IMG/VR virus record: IMGVR_UViG_3300037882_001299
Location: 1 to 51,305 of that record
Reading direction: 5' to 3' (one strand)
Source of the DNA: a virus
Lineage: Duplodnaviria > Caudoviricetes
DNA: 51,305 nucleotides
In this document: positions 1 through 9,358 of the stretch, in pieces
How the letters are laid out: the number at the start of each line of letters is the position of its first letter
How positions within the stretch are numbered: the stretch's first letter is position 1
Program-made: the position numbers and the translations under genes
Notes under the pieces: generated by a model
Told to the model about the DNA's origin: nothing
Seen by the model: the letters and a program-made list of their open reading frames with translations, nothing else
Database searches by the model: none

Positions 1-99
1 AGTTGAGTCTGTGAAGGTAAGGCGGTTTACATCATCAGTGTCGTAATCGTCAATGTATACACCTGTTGTAGTGATGAGAGTGTCACCTACGAAGTTCAT
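1..99. repeat. Terminal direct repeat (identical to 51207-51305); assembly overlap of a circular contig
   Basis: First 99 nt match the last 99 nt exactly, and a minus-strand ORF reads in frame through the junction. Confidence 0.95.
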
Positions 100-1119
100 G
101 AGCTTCTGGGTGATGATACCTGTCTTTGTCCCTGCTCCTGAGTCGATATCTGAGTTTTGGCGGAGTAGGTATTGAACTTTAGTGTAAATGTCTTCAGCTA
201 CGGCAGCGTTACCGTCTACGATGACTGTAAATGGGAAGTATGAACCCCCGATTTCTCGCTCACCTGTGTAGGCAATGAGAGTAGCAGTACCACCGTTTGT
301 GGTGTAGTCCGCTACTCCAGCAGCGTCAATCGTTCCTCCTACAGTACACTTGAACCAACGTCCTGCTGTATCCTGTCGCACATCGTCAGCAACGAGAGAG
401 CCGACTGTTGCAGCAGTGAAACCATTACCTGCAATCCAAGTAGTAGTGATTCCTGTGTATGGTGCATTAGCGGCTACGTTTGCATCCGTGTCTTGAATTT
501 TAAGGTCGGCCTCATTGGCCACAAGCATGTTTACAGTATACGCACCAGTAGCAGTTTGTCCCGTGTCTGCAAGAATAGAGTCATCGTACTTGTACCCTTC
601 CTCGCGCACGTAAGCTTTAAAGTAGGTACGGTTGTCGATTCCACCATCTTCATACACCATGATACCTTCGTTCACTTCGTCAGTGAAGGTAAAGTCGGCA
701 GCAGTCCCACCATCCGTCTTCTGATAGTAGAGTTGTGCGCCAGTGTTTACATCACCAAGAGACACGATACCAACGTACTGTCTATCTAGTGTTCCGTTTG
801 CAAGATATTCAGACCAACCGCCGTCTCGCAGCATTTGCCGTGTGGCATCATTAGAAGGTACCCATCCACTGAAGGTGGCCCCGTCTGTACCGAACTGGTA
901 CTGTCCGGACTTCGCATCAATGGTATACATCGGAAACTCAAACTTGTTATAAGCTGAAGTAGTCCAAAGGTCTACAAACTTTGAGTAAAGAGCTTGGATA
1001 GTTACACCATCTTTTGCAACAAGTGTCCCTGCCACGTTAAGGGTGAAAGTTGAAGCACTTGTATCGAGGGTGAGTTCTACACCTACGTCGATGTCATCTG
1101 GGTCGGTAATCTTGGCCAT
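1..1119 (-). CDS. 5' part of a ~500 aa virion/tail-associated protein spanning the origin (continues at 51206 down to 50823)
   Basis: ATG at 1119 (MAKITDPDDIDVG...) is open to position 1 and in frame with the 50823-51305 ORF; Thr/Gly/Asp-rich beta-type composition; lies in the tail gene block. Confidence 0.75.
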   Translation of the reverse strand, partial: MAKITDPDDIDVGVELTLDTSASTFTLNVAGTLVAKDGVTIQALYSKFVDLWTTSAYNKFEFPMYTIDAKSGQYQFGTDGATFSGWVPSNDATRQMLRDGGWSEYLANGTLDRQYVGIVSLGDVNTGAQLYYQKTDGGTAADFTFTDEVNEGIMVYEDGGIDNRTYFKAYVREEGYKYDDSILADTGQTATGAYTVNMLVANEADLKIQDTDANVAANAPYTGITTTWIAGNGFTAATVGSLVADDVRQDTAGRWFKCTVGGTIDAAGVADYTTNGGTATLIAYTGEREIGGSYFPFTVIVDGNAAVAEDIYTKVQYLLRQNSDIDSGAGTKTGIITQKLMNFVGDTLITTTGVYIDDYDTDDVNRLTFTDST

Positions 1120-1129
1120 AAATAATTTG

Positions 1130-3700
1130 TTAAGTTAAATAATTTCTGTCTGCTACTTGGGCTACTGGTACGCTACTGTCGCTGCTGGTCAATGTATATC
1201 CTCTAATATAGAACGGTACGTAGCCTATTTTGAAGACGCCAATGTCGATGTCTTGCGGTGTCTCGTAAACAAAGCCGTATGTTGTTCCTGCGTTCGCGTC
1301 TACGTTCACTAGTTCTGTTTCTGTCCCTGCTTCCAGCACTACGATGTCACTACCCGTTTGCAGTCCTGTCAGTGTGAGGGTGATGGTATCGAGGGGGTAC
1401 TGGTAAGCTTGGGTGGTCGTAGTGGAGCTGGTGAGGAGATAGACTGAGGTGATGGCTGTGGCATTAGTAGTTCCCGTTGTAATCTCTAGTCTGAGTTTGA
1501 AGCCGTTTAGTGCGCTTATTCCTGTCAGTCCGTTTAGGGCTGTGGCTAGGGTGGTTGGTGAGTAGTTACTTGTGGTCATTGTAGACCAGCCAGCACCATC
1601 GTTTTTATCTATTGAGTAATCGTAAGTGTAGTTGGTTGCTGTACCTCCAGCCATAATGAGTGCTGAGTTTTGGAAAGCTGTGTGTCCAATGATATAGTCA
1701 GGTGTTTCAAAGATTGCTTGGTGTCCAATCACAGGCATGTAGAGACCTCCAGCCGAGGTGAAGGCTGCGCCGTTACTGAGTGTTACTTGTGAGTTAGTTT
1801 CCGCAGTCGCTTCGTTCATTACAATACCGATACGCCCTGCGGTGGTAGAGGTGTAGTAGTCTATCCAGTGAGTACCATATACCGATGTCTGTGCTGTGAG
1901 AGCCTTAGTGCCACCGAGTCCACGCTGTGTCATGTTGATAACAGCACTTACGTCTGCTGCATCAGCATAGTCTCCGAAGACGTTATCCATAATAAGACCC
2001 TTTGAAGAGTTATCACCAGAGATAATACCTGTTCGTGTGTTTGAACAGTAGACACGTTGTAAGCGTGTATTTACCGCAGCACTAGCAGCTACGAGTGTGA
2101 GGATAATTCCTGAAGCGTTGGCACTACCGAGCGAAAGTGGTGAAGCATACGTTCCGATATTTCGGATGTCTGTATTTGCACACCCCGCTACACCGATTGA
2201 GAATAACCCTGTGTATGGATGGTTGTTTGTTACTGGGAGAGTCAATCCGTCAATAACAGTATTAAGGCAGTTAGAAGTAAGTAGGAAAGCTGTTACAGGG
2301 TTTCCTGTTCCTGTGGTACTCGATACGTTCATTATGTACACCGTGTCGTTTACCGTTACATTAGTACAAGTGATTAAAGTAAAAGAGCCGTCAATGATTT
2401 TAGGTGTATCGAAAGTTGTGTTGGCTACACGAGTGGCTGTGATAGCAACAGGCAATGTATGACCTCTTAGTGCAGCATATCTAGTGACTAATCTAGTAAA
2501 TGTAAAGCCATCACAGTCAGTCATAATAACCTGAGTTGAGTTGTTTGCAGCAGTAGCTACTCGCTGGAATCTACAATCAGTGAAAGTACCTCCAGCGAGA
2601 CAGAGAGTCATCGTAAGAGGGGCTACGACAAGCGCAGTAGTAGGTTTGTTACCTACACCCATGTTTGTAAACGTCATGGCAGTAGCGACTTCTGAGAGGA
2701 GAATACCGTCAACGAAACCTGCGTTAGATACATCGACTGAATACGCTTGAGAGCACGAGAGATACCAAGCCATGTTTGCTTTGTCGATATTGATTACACC
2801 TCCCCCAGTGGTAGTGAAGTCGTAACGTGTAGCAATCGTAGCGTTAGGGATTACGTTCGCAGTACGAGCTGCTGTGGTACAGTTCTCTAAGAATACGTTA
2901 CCGATTACTACTTTAAGCCCAGTCACAGGAGTGTATCCGTTGGTAGCTGCACCTGAGTTACCAATACGCACCAAACCCGCGTTGTCTATCCATACACACT
3001 TTCCGCGAGCTGCTTCTGTTCCAGTCGTGGTTACAATTCCAGCGTTAGGGTAAAACTCGTAGTCTCCACCTCCTACAGTCTGTTCAATAAAGACACCAGC
3101 GGCATAGCGAAGTAGCCCGTTATTTGGAATCTGCATGGTCTGGTTACTTGAACCGTTAGTAGTTCCAATTTCATACCATGCACCAGTAATATTTACTTCA
3201 CCAAGTCTGTTGGCAGTGATGGTAGAAGCTTCGTCACCAACCACTTCAATCCACCCGATACGTCCTGCGTCTGAGGCGGTAGCACCGATACCAGTTAAAG
3301 CTCCAGCCGCGTATGTACCAGACTTCTGTTTGACACGAATAAAGCCAGTAGCTGGCATAGCTGCACCAGTGGCAGTACTTGCAGCAGTGAGAGCAGAGTG
3401 TACACCGATTAGTTTACCTGTCGCGCCGTTATTAGTTATTGCGGTATTCCATGCTGGCACGTTTCCCGTCCCTGCCGTGTAAGGAATCATCCAGACGGCA
3501 CTACCGTCGATGTTTACTTTTCCACCCGTGGCCGCAGTTACGGTAATAGGCCCCAATGTCGAACTCGTTGTTTGGTTAAGACCTACGCGACTATCTTGGT
3601 CTATGGTCAGAATAAAACCAGCAGTGTTATATGTGTCACCGCCAGCTTTTGTCGTAAGCGCGTCTATATTTGTATCGGCGGATAGGGTGTAAGTTGCCAT
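1130..3700 (-). CDS. Tail fibre/spike-like protein, probable beta-helix region
   Basis: 856 aa, Thr/Gly/Asn-rich with periodic beta-strand pattern; structural module. Confidence 0.6.
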   Translation of the reverse strand: MATYTLSADTNIDALTTKAGGDTYNTAGFILTIDQDSRVGLNQTTSSTLGPITVTAATGGKVNIDGSAVWMIPYTAGTGNVPAWNTAITNNGATGKLIGVHSALTAASTATGAAMPATGFIRVKQKSGTYAAGALTGIGATASDAGRIGWIEVVGDEASTITANRLGEVNITGAWYEIGTTNGSSNQTMQIPNNGLLRYAAGVFIEQTVGGGDYEFYPNAGIVTTTGTEAARGKCVWIDNAGLVRIGNSGAATNGYTPVTGLKVVIGNVFLENCTTAARTANVIPNATIATRYDFTTTGGGVINIDKANMAWYLSCSQAYSVDVSNAGFVDGILLSEVATAMTFTNMGVGNKPTTALVVAPLTMTLCLAGGTFTDCRFQRVATAANNSTQVIMTDCDGFTFTRLVTRYAALRGHTLPVAITATRVANTTFDTPKIIDGSFTLITCTNVTVNDTVYIMNVSSTTGTGNPVTAFLLTSNCLNTVIDGLTLPVTNNHPYTGLFSIGVAGCANTDIRNIGTYASPLSLGSANASGIILTLVAASAAVNTRLQRVYCSNTRTGIISGDNSSKGLIMDNVFGDYADAADVSAVINMTQRGLGGTKALTAQTSVYGTHWIDYYTSTTAGRIGIVMNEATAETNSQVTLSNGAAFTSAGGLYMPVIGHQAIFETPDYIIGHTAFQNSALIMAGGTATNYTYDYSIDKNDGAGWSTMTTSNYSPTTLATALNGLTGISALNGFKLRLEITTGTTNATAITSVYLLTSSTTTTQAYQYPLDTITLTLTGLQTGSDIVVLEAGTETELVNVDANAGTTYGFVYETPQDIDIGVFKIGYVPFYIRGYTLTSSDSSVPVAQVADRNYLT

Positions 3701-3717
3701 TTATTATACTAATTATA

Positions 3718-4080
3718 TCACAAATACGTAATAGTGTCCACATTTCCGTCTACATCATAGGTGAAAGTTTTTACATTACTTCCGTCAGAAATTGTGTCGA
3801 TATTGCCATCAATATCATAGGTAAAGGTAAGAACAACAGCCCCGACTGTCTTTGTGTCGATATTCCCATCAACGTCGTAAGTGAAGGTTGCATCCCCGAA
3901 TGGCTTGTCCCATGCCCCCGAAGCCGAGCTAGGTGCCCAGACGAGGTTTCCTCCTACGATTTGTAGGTAGTCTCCTTCGGAATATGTAAGCCCAGCAAGG
4001 GTGGTGAGGAATATCTCCTCAGCATTAGTTAGCTCATCCAGCCCACCAATACCGGGGTTTTGTGGGGCGAAGAATGACAT
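3718..4080 (-). CDS. Small virion protein with three YD-like repeats
   Basis: FTYD(V/I)DGN(I/V)DT x3; N-terminus shared with 48583-50307. Confidence 0.55.
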   Translation of the reverse strand: MSFFAPQNPGIGGLDELTNAEEIFLTTLAGLTYSEGDYLQIVGGNLVWAPSSASGAWDKPFGDATFTYDVDGNIDTKTVGAVVLTFTYDIDGNIDTISDGSNVKTFTYDVDGNVDTITYL

Positions 4081-4081
4081 A

Positions 4082-4768
4082 CTAAATCTTGAATCCTACT
4101 CCTTTTGTTTCGTAGATTTTCTTCCACCTTTGCTCTACTGTGCGTAGGTCAGACTCCTTGGTGTTGAGTTCCGCTGCTTTCTTTGTCAGCCTTTCGTCCT
4201 CTGCACGCAGTAGTGTTTTCTTTTCCTCTAACTGAGCGATAATATCCTTGTTGACTTCGCGGAAATTCTCTTCAGCTTTTGCCTTTGATTCAGTAAGCTT
4301 CTCTATACTGGTATTTAGTTCCTTTACAAGAGTCAGTTTTTCGCGGTAGTCGTTAGTGATATTATCAAGCTCACCAAGGGCTAGCTCTTTCTGGTTCAGA
4401 AGGTCTGTCAGAGAGCTGGCAAGTTTGCTCTTATCGTCAATCTCTCTATCCAAGATAGAAATTTGTCGCTTTAAGGACTCGTACTGTGCGCTTTGTTGCT
4501 CATAGGTTGACAAAAACGCGTCTCGTGTTGAGTTGAACTCTGCCTGCTCTGCTTCTAGTGTAGATTGGTCCTTGCTTACTGCCGCACGCACCTCATCTGA
4601 CCAGTCCGAAACAAGCTTTGCTTGCTTTTCTAGCTCAGATAAGTTTCGGATAACAGCAAGATACTCATCCTTGACAGAAACTAGTTGTTGTTGTACTGCA
4701 CCAATCTCTTTTTCAAGACTATCGACAGTCTGCTCCACGAGCTTTTGTATTTTTTCCTTTATACTCAT
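4082..4768 (-). CDS. Coiled-coil protein
   Basis: 228 aa, heptad-rich E/K/L composition; overlaps neighbour by 4 nt. Confidence 0.6.
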   Translation of the reverse strand: MSIKEKIQKLVEQTVDSLEKEIGAVQQQLVSVKDEYLAVIRNLSELEKQAKLVSDWSDEVRAAVSKDQSTLEAEQAEFNSTRDAFLSTYEQQSAQYESLKRQISILDREIDDKSKLASSLTDLLNQKELALGELDNITNDYREKLTLVKELNTSIEKLTESKAKAEENFREVNKDIIAQLEEKKTLLRAEDERLTKKAAELNTKESDLRTVEQRWKKIYETKGVGFKI

Positions 4769-5514
4769 ATAAGATTATCAATATTTTGGTCTGGATAAAG
4801 TAGGGCGAATGCTTTAGCGAACCGTCCCTTAAGGATGGCAAAGTTCTTGTCTCGATTATCAAGCTCTAGTTCTTTCTGAGTAAGACCGGCGTAAGCCTCG
4901 GCTATTTTCACTGACTCTGCTTGGGTTGCTTTCTGTAGAGAATACAGTTCACTTCTTAGCGAGTCGATACTGCGCTGTAATTCCATCTTCCTGTCAAGTT
5001 CTGCGTAATAGTCAGTAGCAACTTGAGCTAGGTCATACTGAAGAGAGTCTAGCTTATCGCTATCGTAGGCTAGCCTCTCTGACACTCTATTGTACTCCTC
5101 ACATTGCTCATTGATTTCCTCCCGGAGCTCTTTGAGTTGTGACTGCGCTTCCATTACGTCCTCTTGACTCTTGATTACTGTCCGTGCTAGGGAGTCCTGG
5201 TTGTCACGGTGTAGCTTCTCAACAGCCTCTCTGTTTCTGTCTACATTCTTCTGCGCCTCCTCTATATCGGAAACAAGTATTAGAAGTTCCTGCTCTGCGT
5301 TCTCCTTGGCGTCAAGGAATTGTTCAAGGTCAGCCTTCGCTGCTTTTGCTTGGGATACAGCGATAGCTACCCGTTCGTTTAGGGTAGCTTCGACCTGCTT
5401 CTTTTCTATAAGGAGATTCCCAAGAGTTTCACTCTCCTGTTTTATCTCACCTCTCAAAATGACCAGGTGCGCCTCCATGTTCTGTGCCACCATTTCCATT
5501 CGAGAGTCTGCCAT
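4765..5514 (-). CDS. Coiled-coil protein
   Basis: 249 aa, heptad-rich. Confidence 0.6.
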   Translation of the reverse strand: MADSRMEMVAQNMEAHLVILRGEIKQESETLGNLLIEKKQVEATLNERVAIAVSQAKAAKADLEQFLDAKENAEQELLILVSDIEEAQKNVDRNREAVEKLHRDNQDSLARTVIKSQEDVMEAQSQLKELREEINEQCEEYNRVSERLAYDSDKLDSLQYDLAQVATDYYAELDRKMELQRSIDSLRSELYSLQKATQAESVKIAEAYAGLTQKELELDNRDKNFAILKGRFAKAFALLYPDQNIDNLI

Positions 5515-5515
5515 A

Positions 5516-5953
5516 TTATAGTCCGCTTAGGGTTCCTTCTACGTATGCAGTACCAGCGTTTGCTGCTACTCCAGTTTCCTTTACGGATACTTTGATGTAC
5601 TTGTAGAAGATGTCGAGTCCGATAGAGATTGTTGCTGCGGCTGCGTTTGTACCAACGAAGGTGAACTCACGAGCCGTTAGGGTAGATGTACCACCAGAGA
5701 CAGTCTCGTTAGGGATACGGTAGAAGTTCACTCCGTCAGAGCTTTGTTCTACTTGAATCTCAATAGAGTTAGCTGTCTCAGCCGCTCCCATGGTGTACAG
5801 GATGGCGAGGTCAAGCTTCGAGTAACCACCAACCTTAAAGGTCTTGGTGTTACCCGTGTACAAAGAAGTAAGGGTCGCTGGTGTTCGTGTACCTAGCGCT
5901 GTCTTACTCCCAATGAGAGGTTGGGGTAGTTGTGATTTGTAATATAGGCTCAT
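5516..5953 (-). CDS. Putative virion structural protein (beta-sandwich)
   Basis: 145 aa; SSDGVNFY Asp-box-like motif; downstream of capsid genes. Confidence 0.5.
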   Translation of the reverse strand: MSLYYKSQLPQPLIGSKTALGTRTPATLTSLYTGNTKTFKVGGYSKLDLAILYTMGAAETANSIEIQVEQSSDGVNFYRIPNETVSGGTSTLTAREFTFVGTNAAAATISIGLDIFYKYIKVSVKETGVAANAGTAYVEGTLSGL

Positions 5954-5962
5954 GTTGTTTTA

Positions 5963-6208
5963 TTATTTCTTTACAACCTTCTTCTCGTCTTCCTTTGCTA
6001 CTTCAATCACATCCTTAACCTCCACCTTTGGTGTTTCTACTTTAGGTGCCTTTTCAGGAGACACTTCGATAAAGTTGTGAAGCATATTCTTCCAGTAGTC
6101 TGCGTGAGATTCCTTAACTCCACTTATTGAGCTATTTGCTGCGACAAAGTATTCGTTTCCTTTGATAGAAACTGTGATGTCTTGGTCGGTTGGGTTAGTA
6201 ACTACCAT
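5963..6208 (-). CDS. Hypothetical protein
   Basis: 81 aa ORF packed in the head operon. Confidence 0.55.
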   Translation of the reverse strand: MVVTNPTDQDITVSIKGNEYFVAANSSISGVKESHADYWKNMLHNFIEVSPEKAPKVETPKVEVKDVIEVAKEDEKKVVKK

Positions 6209-6211
6209 ATT

Positions 6212-6619
6212 TTAGTGAACTACTGTACCTAGTGAGTAAACGGTTACGGCTGTAGGTGAGTTAACAACTACACGGAAAGTCTTTGAGTTGTTTTGCGCGA
6301 TAGTCATTGTGCCACTAAGAGTAACTCCAGTTCCTGCTGTAAGAGTGATTGTTTCAGCAGCATCAGCAGTATTTCGAACTGTAAAGTCGAATGAGATGTC
6401 TGTGTACTTAGCTGGTGAGCCGAGTGCTGCGTAGATAAGTGCCGCAGTTGGAGTAACGTCTGAACGTCCTGCTCCGTTAGGGTCTCGAAGGATGAGCCCT
6501 CCGATAATTTGCGCAGCAGTATATGTTTGTGCTGATGCAGTTGTATTTGTTGTTACCGTTCCCTTCTTAGCGAGTACTTCGACCGCTTGAAGGTTGGTGA
6601 AAACTGTTGGTTTAGCCAT
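6212..6619 (-). CDS. Putative capsid decoration protein
   Basis: 135 aa, Thr/Ala-rich, directly after the major capsid gene. Confidence 0.5.
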   Translation of the reverse strand: MAKPTVFTNLQAVEVLAKKGTVTTNTTASAQTYTAAQIIGGLILRDPNGAGRSDVTPTAALIYAALGSPAKYTDISFDFTVRNTADAAETITLTAGTGVTLSGTMTIAQNNSKTFRVVVNSPTAVTVYSLGTVVH

Positions 6620-6663
6620 AATTCTTTCTTAATTCTTTTAAACAGATTGTTAAACAACCTTAC

Positions 6664-6690
6664 TCCTCAACCCTAGAGTTGGGTTGAGGA
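6664..6690 (-). terminator. Stem-loop after the major capsid gene (terminator/stabiliser)
   Basis: TCCTCAACCC-7nt-GGGTTGAGGA perfect 10-bp stem; no clear U-tract. Confidence 0.5.
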
Positions 6691-6698
6691 TAAAGTTA

Positions 6699-7673
6699 CT
6701 AGCTTGAGTAAGCAGCAAGGTCTCCCTTACTAGCCCATGAACCCTTCCAGTCCTTTACGACTTCTGCCCATCGTGCGTTTACTGAGAACGTAGAAACTAG
6801 GTTTCGTTCGTTGATAGATTGACGCATTACTGGAGCTTGTCGAACCGCGTGCATGAAACGTGTGCGTCCTGGGACGATTAGGAACCATGCTGTGTTAGAA
6901 CCACCATTGATAGAGTCAAGGTACTGTGAAGCAACCATGTCTACTGGGGCACCGTTCTTGTACACGTTAATCGCGTTGTTGGCATTTTCACTAACGTACT
7001 CTGACATAGTTAGTTGCATACCGAGCTTCTCCATCGCTACTGGCACAACAAGGGTAGCCTTGCCGATGAGTTGTGATGGTTGGCCGTCGTCGGTTTGTTG
7101 CAGTGTAAGTGCAATACGACCTACTTCAATGTTGTCATCTCCAAGGGCGATACCTGTAGAAGATGCGTTAGACTGAGTAGACGCTCCTGGAACTGTGCTT
7201 CCGTGAAGGGTTGAGAAAGTTGGCTTTCCGTCACCGTATAGAGAAACATCGTATCCATTAACGTTTGTTGAAGTTGAGAAACCTCCGTTGAAGAGCTGGA
7301 CTCCCGACTTGTCTTGTGACATGTTTGAAGCAATACCCATGTGATGCATTGCATCGAGTTCTGCTTGGAAGTCGTTATCTTCTAGTTGGTTGTAGCTTAC
7401 TTCGATAGACTGACCGTAGTTAGTCCAGAGTGCCTTAGTTGTGTAAGACTTGAATCGGCGGGTAGTAGAAATGTCTTCTCCATCTCCGTCAAACTTACGC
7501 AATTCGCCTGAACCAGTTAGTCCAGTGTAGTTCTCTTGTGCTCCAGTTACAGCTTGTACTGTAAGAAGATTAGAGATACCTACTTTGTATTGTGTTAGAG
7601 CTTGGTCAAAGACTTCGAACATTTGTAGTCCTACTCCACCAACCAAGTCTCCAAAATTTCCTCGTGATTCCAT
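6699..7673 (-). CDS. Major capsid protein (HK97 fold, Mu gpT-like)
   Basis: 324 aa; position after scaffold and cement genes; LVVP...E and AWFL motifs typical of this group. Confidence 0.8.
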   Translation of the reverse strand: MESRGNFGDLVGGVGLQMFEVFDQALTQYKVGISNLLTVQAVTGAQENYTGLTGSGELRKFDGDGEDISTTRRFKSYTTKALWTNYGQSIEVSYNQLEDNDFQAELDAMHHMGIASNMSQDKSGVQLFNGGFSTSTNVNGYDVSLYGDGKPTFSTLHGSTVPGASTQSNASSTGIALGDDNIEVGRIALTLQQTDDGQPSQLIGKATLVVPVAMEKLGMQLTMSEYVSENANNAINVYKNGAPVDMVASQYLDSINGGSNTAWFLIVPGRTRFMHAVRQAPVMRQSINERNLVSTFSVNARWAEVVKDWKGSWASKGDLAAYSS

Positions 7674-7687
7674 ATTACTTGATTAGA

Positions 7688-8215
7688 TTAAGCGAGTGGT
7701 CCGAATACAACTGACTCAAAGATAGATACAACTGCTTGAGCTGTATTATCGTAGTCAACACCGTGAGTTGTGTACTGGCCAGTTGTTGTGGCTGCTGTAC
7801 TTTCGTCAAGTGTGTCTTCGTCTACAATGTCCATGAAGTAGCCAGCAAGGTTAGAACCAGTTGTGGTCCCAATAGCTACGTCTACTTCAGCCGAATAAAG
7901 AGTTTCCTTTGATACGTCTACTTCTACCTTGTTCATCGCTACTGTTTGGTTGTCTGATGGCATGGTGAATGTTCCAACGAAACTACCAGTTTGTGCACCA
8001 GCGGTTCCATTAGTTTCTACACCTACGCCTTGTTTTGTTCGAATAGCAAGAACGTGTCCGAGGACAGATGCTCCAGTTGTTCCGAGAGAAACAAAGCCCG
8101 ATGCCATTTTAACAGAGTCAAGCTCAGTTACGACAATAGAGTTTGTGGCGATACGAACGACCTTAATAGGTGCGCCTTGTGTATTGCCGTATTTTCCGAT
8201 TGCTTTGAAAGCCAT
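7688..8215 (-). CDS. Putative capsid cement/decoration protein
   Basis: 175 aa between scaffold and major capsid genes. Confidence 0.55.
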   Translation of the reverse strand: MAFKAIGKYGNTQGAPIKVVRIATNSIVVTELDSVKMASGFVSLGTTGASVLGHVLAIRTKQGVGVETNGTAGAQTGSFVGTFTMPSDNQTVAMNKVEVDVSKETLYSAEVDVAIGTTTGSNLAGYFMDIVDEDTLDESTAATTTGQYTTHGVDYDNTAQAVVSIFESVVFGPLA

Positions 8216-8239
8216 GAGTTAAATGTGTTGGGTTTATAA

Positions 8240-8899
8240 TTATCCTTGCATCAAACGAAGTAGGTTGTTCATGTAATCTGGATTTTTTGCCTTGAGAGAT
8301 AGGTACCGTTCTTTCGTCCAGCCGTTCTTCTCTATAAGCTTCTTTTCCAGAGCATTTACATCTTTGTCGTCTGACACTCCTGGAGTAATTGAAGACCGTG
8401 ATGTCGATGCATACGGTGTTGGCACACTAGAAGTTTGAGGTGCCGTGTTAACACCCAAAAGACTTGCCGCGTCTTTTAGTACAGAGTAGAACTCATCTGT
8501 TGAATGGATACCGTTAGTGTTAAACATTTTTAGCTTGGCATCTAGTGCTTCGCGTAGTTTTCCTGTAACGTCATTCTCTGGATGAAACTCTTTGTTCTCT
8601 GTAACAAACTTCTCAATAGCTGCAACTCGGTTGCTTTGCGCTACTGACGCATCCCGTTCTGAAAGTTTTTGCTCTACTGCGGCCTTTACGACATCGGCGA
8701 TGTCACCTGACGCTTGTGTTCCCACATTTGTCTTCGTTGCCTCTTCAAGTGCCTTTTGCAATGCATCTCGTTCCTCTGTTAGGAGTCTCCGCTTTTCGCG
8801 GTCGTCCTTCAGTTCCCCGACAACATTAGCTATAGCTACTTCCTGTTCTGCGATTTTCTTAGTGAGCTCTTCAGCTTGCTCCTTTGTTATTTCTGGCAT
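8240..8899 (-). CDS. Putative scaffolding protein
   Basis: 219 aa; N-terminal coiled coil, flexible linker, short C-terminal helical domain; between portal and capsid genes. Confidence 0.6.
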   Translation of the reverse strand: MPEITKEQAEELTKKIAEQEVAIANVVGELKDDREKRRLLTEERDALQKALEEATKTNVGTQASGDIADVVKAAVEQKLSERDASVAQSNRVAAIEKFVTENKEFHPENDVTGKLREALDAKLKMFNTNGIHSTDEFYSVLKDAASLLGVNTAPQTSSVPTPYASTSRSSITPGVSDDKDVNALEKKLIEKNGWTKERYLSLKAKNPDYMNNLLRLMQG

Positions 8900-9075
8900 C
8901 TTGTTTCTTTTTCCCTTAACTTTTTAATCCCTTGATGACTCGGTTGGGTCCGAGAGTGGGTGGGTCCACTAAATTAGAAAAGATTGAACACTATTCGATT
9001 ACGTTTAAGTAATCTATTCTTTCCCCCAATATTGAGGAAAAGTAAGACTAATCAATACTGTATTATAACACGCGT

Positions 9076-9357
9076 TTACTTTGTTCGCAAGTCTCCTCCA
9101 GAACGAGCCAGACCAAGTAGGTAAACTGTTCGTGAGAACGCACCTTTGATGTTGGGTTGCTCTGCTTCTGAGGCGGCAAAGTATCTTCGCATATCTGCCG
9201 ACATTGTTTCCTTAAGAAAGTCCTTCAGGCCTACTACTTCAGATAGACCTTTAGCGACCTCACGTTCCATTCCTTTGTTGATAGAAGCTTCTGCTGGATT
9301 CTCCAGTGTCTGAGCTATCATCAGGACAAGCTCGTCAAATGTGTACTTGTGTTCCAT
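9076..9357 (-). CDS. Hypothetical protein
   Basis: 93 aa ORF after portal. Confidence 0.6.
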   Translation of the reverse strand: MEHKYTFDELVLMIAQTLENPAEASINKGMEREVAKGLSEVVGLKDFLKETMSADMRRYFAASEAEQPNIKGAFSRTVYLLGLARSGGDLRTK

Positions 9358-9358
9358 A

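Noticed and set aside
1-99. 99-bp terminal repeat as a biological terminal repeat
   Set aside because: It falls mid-gene and its length matches a common assembler k-mer; best read as a circular assembly overlap
1130-3700. Diversity-generating retroelement target
   Set aside because: No reverse transcriptase and no template/variable repeat pair seen
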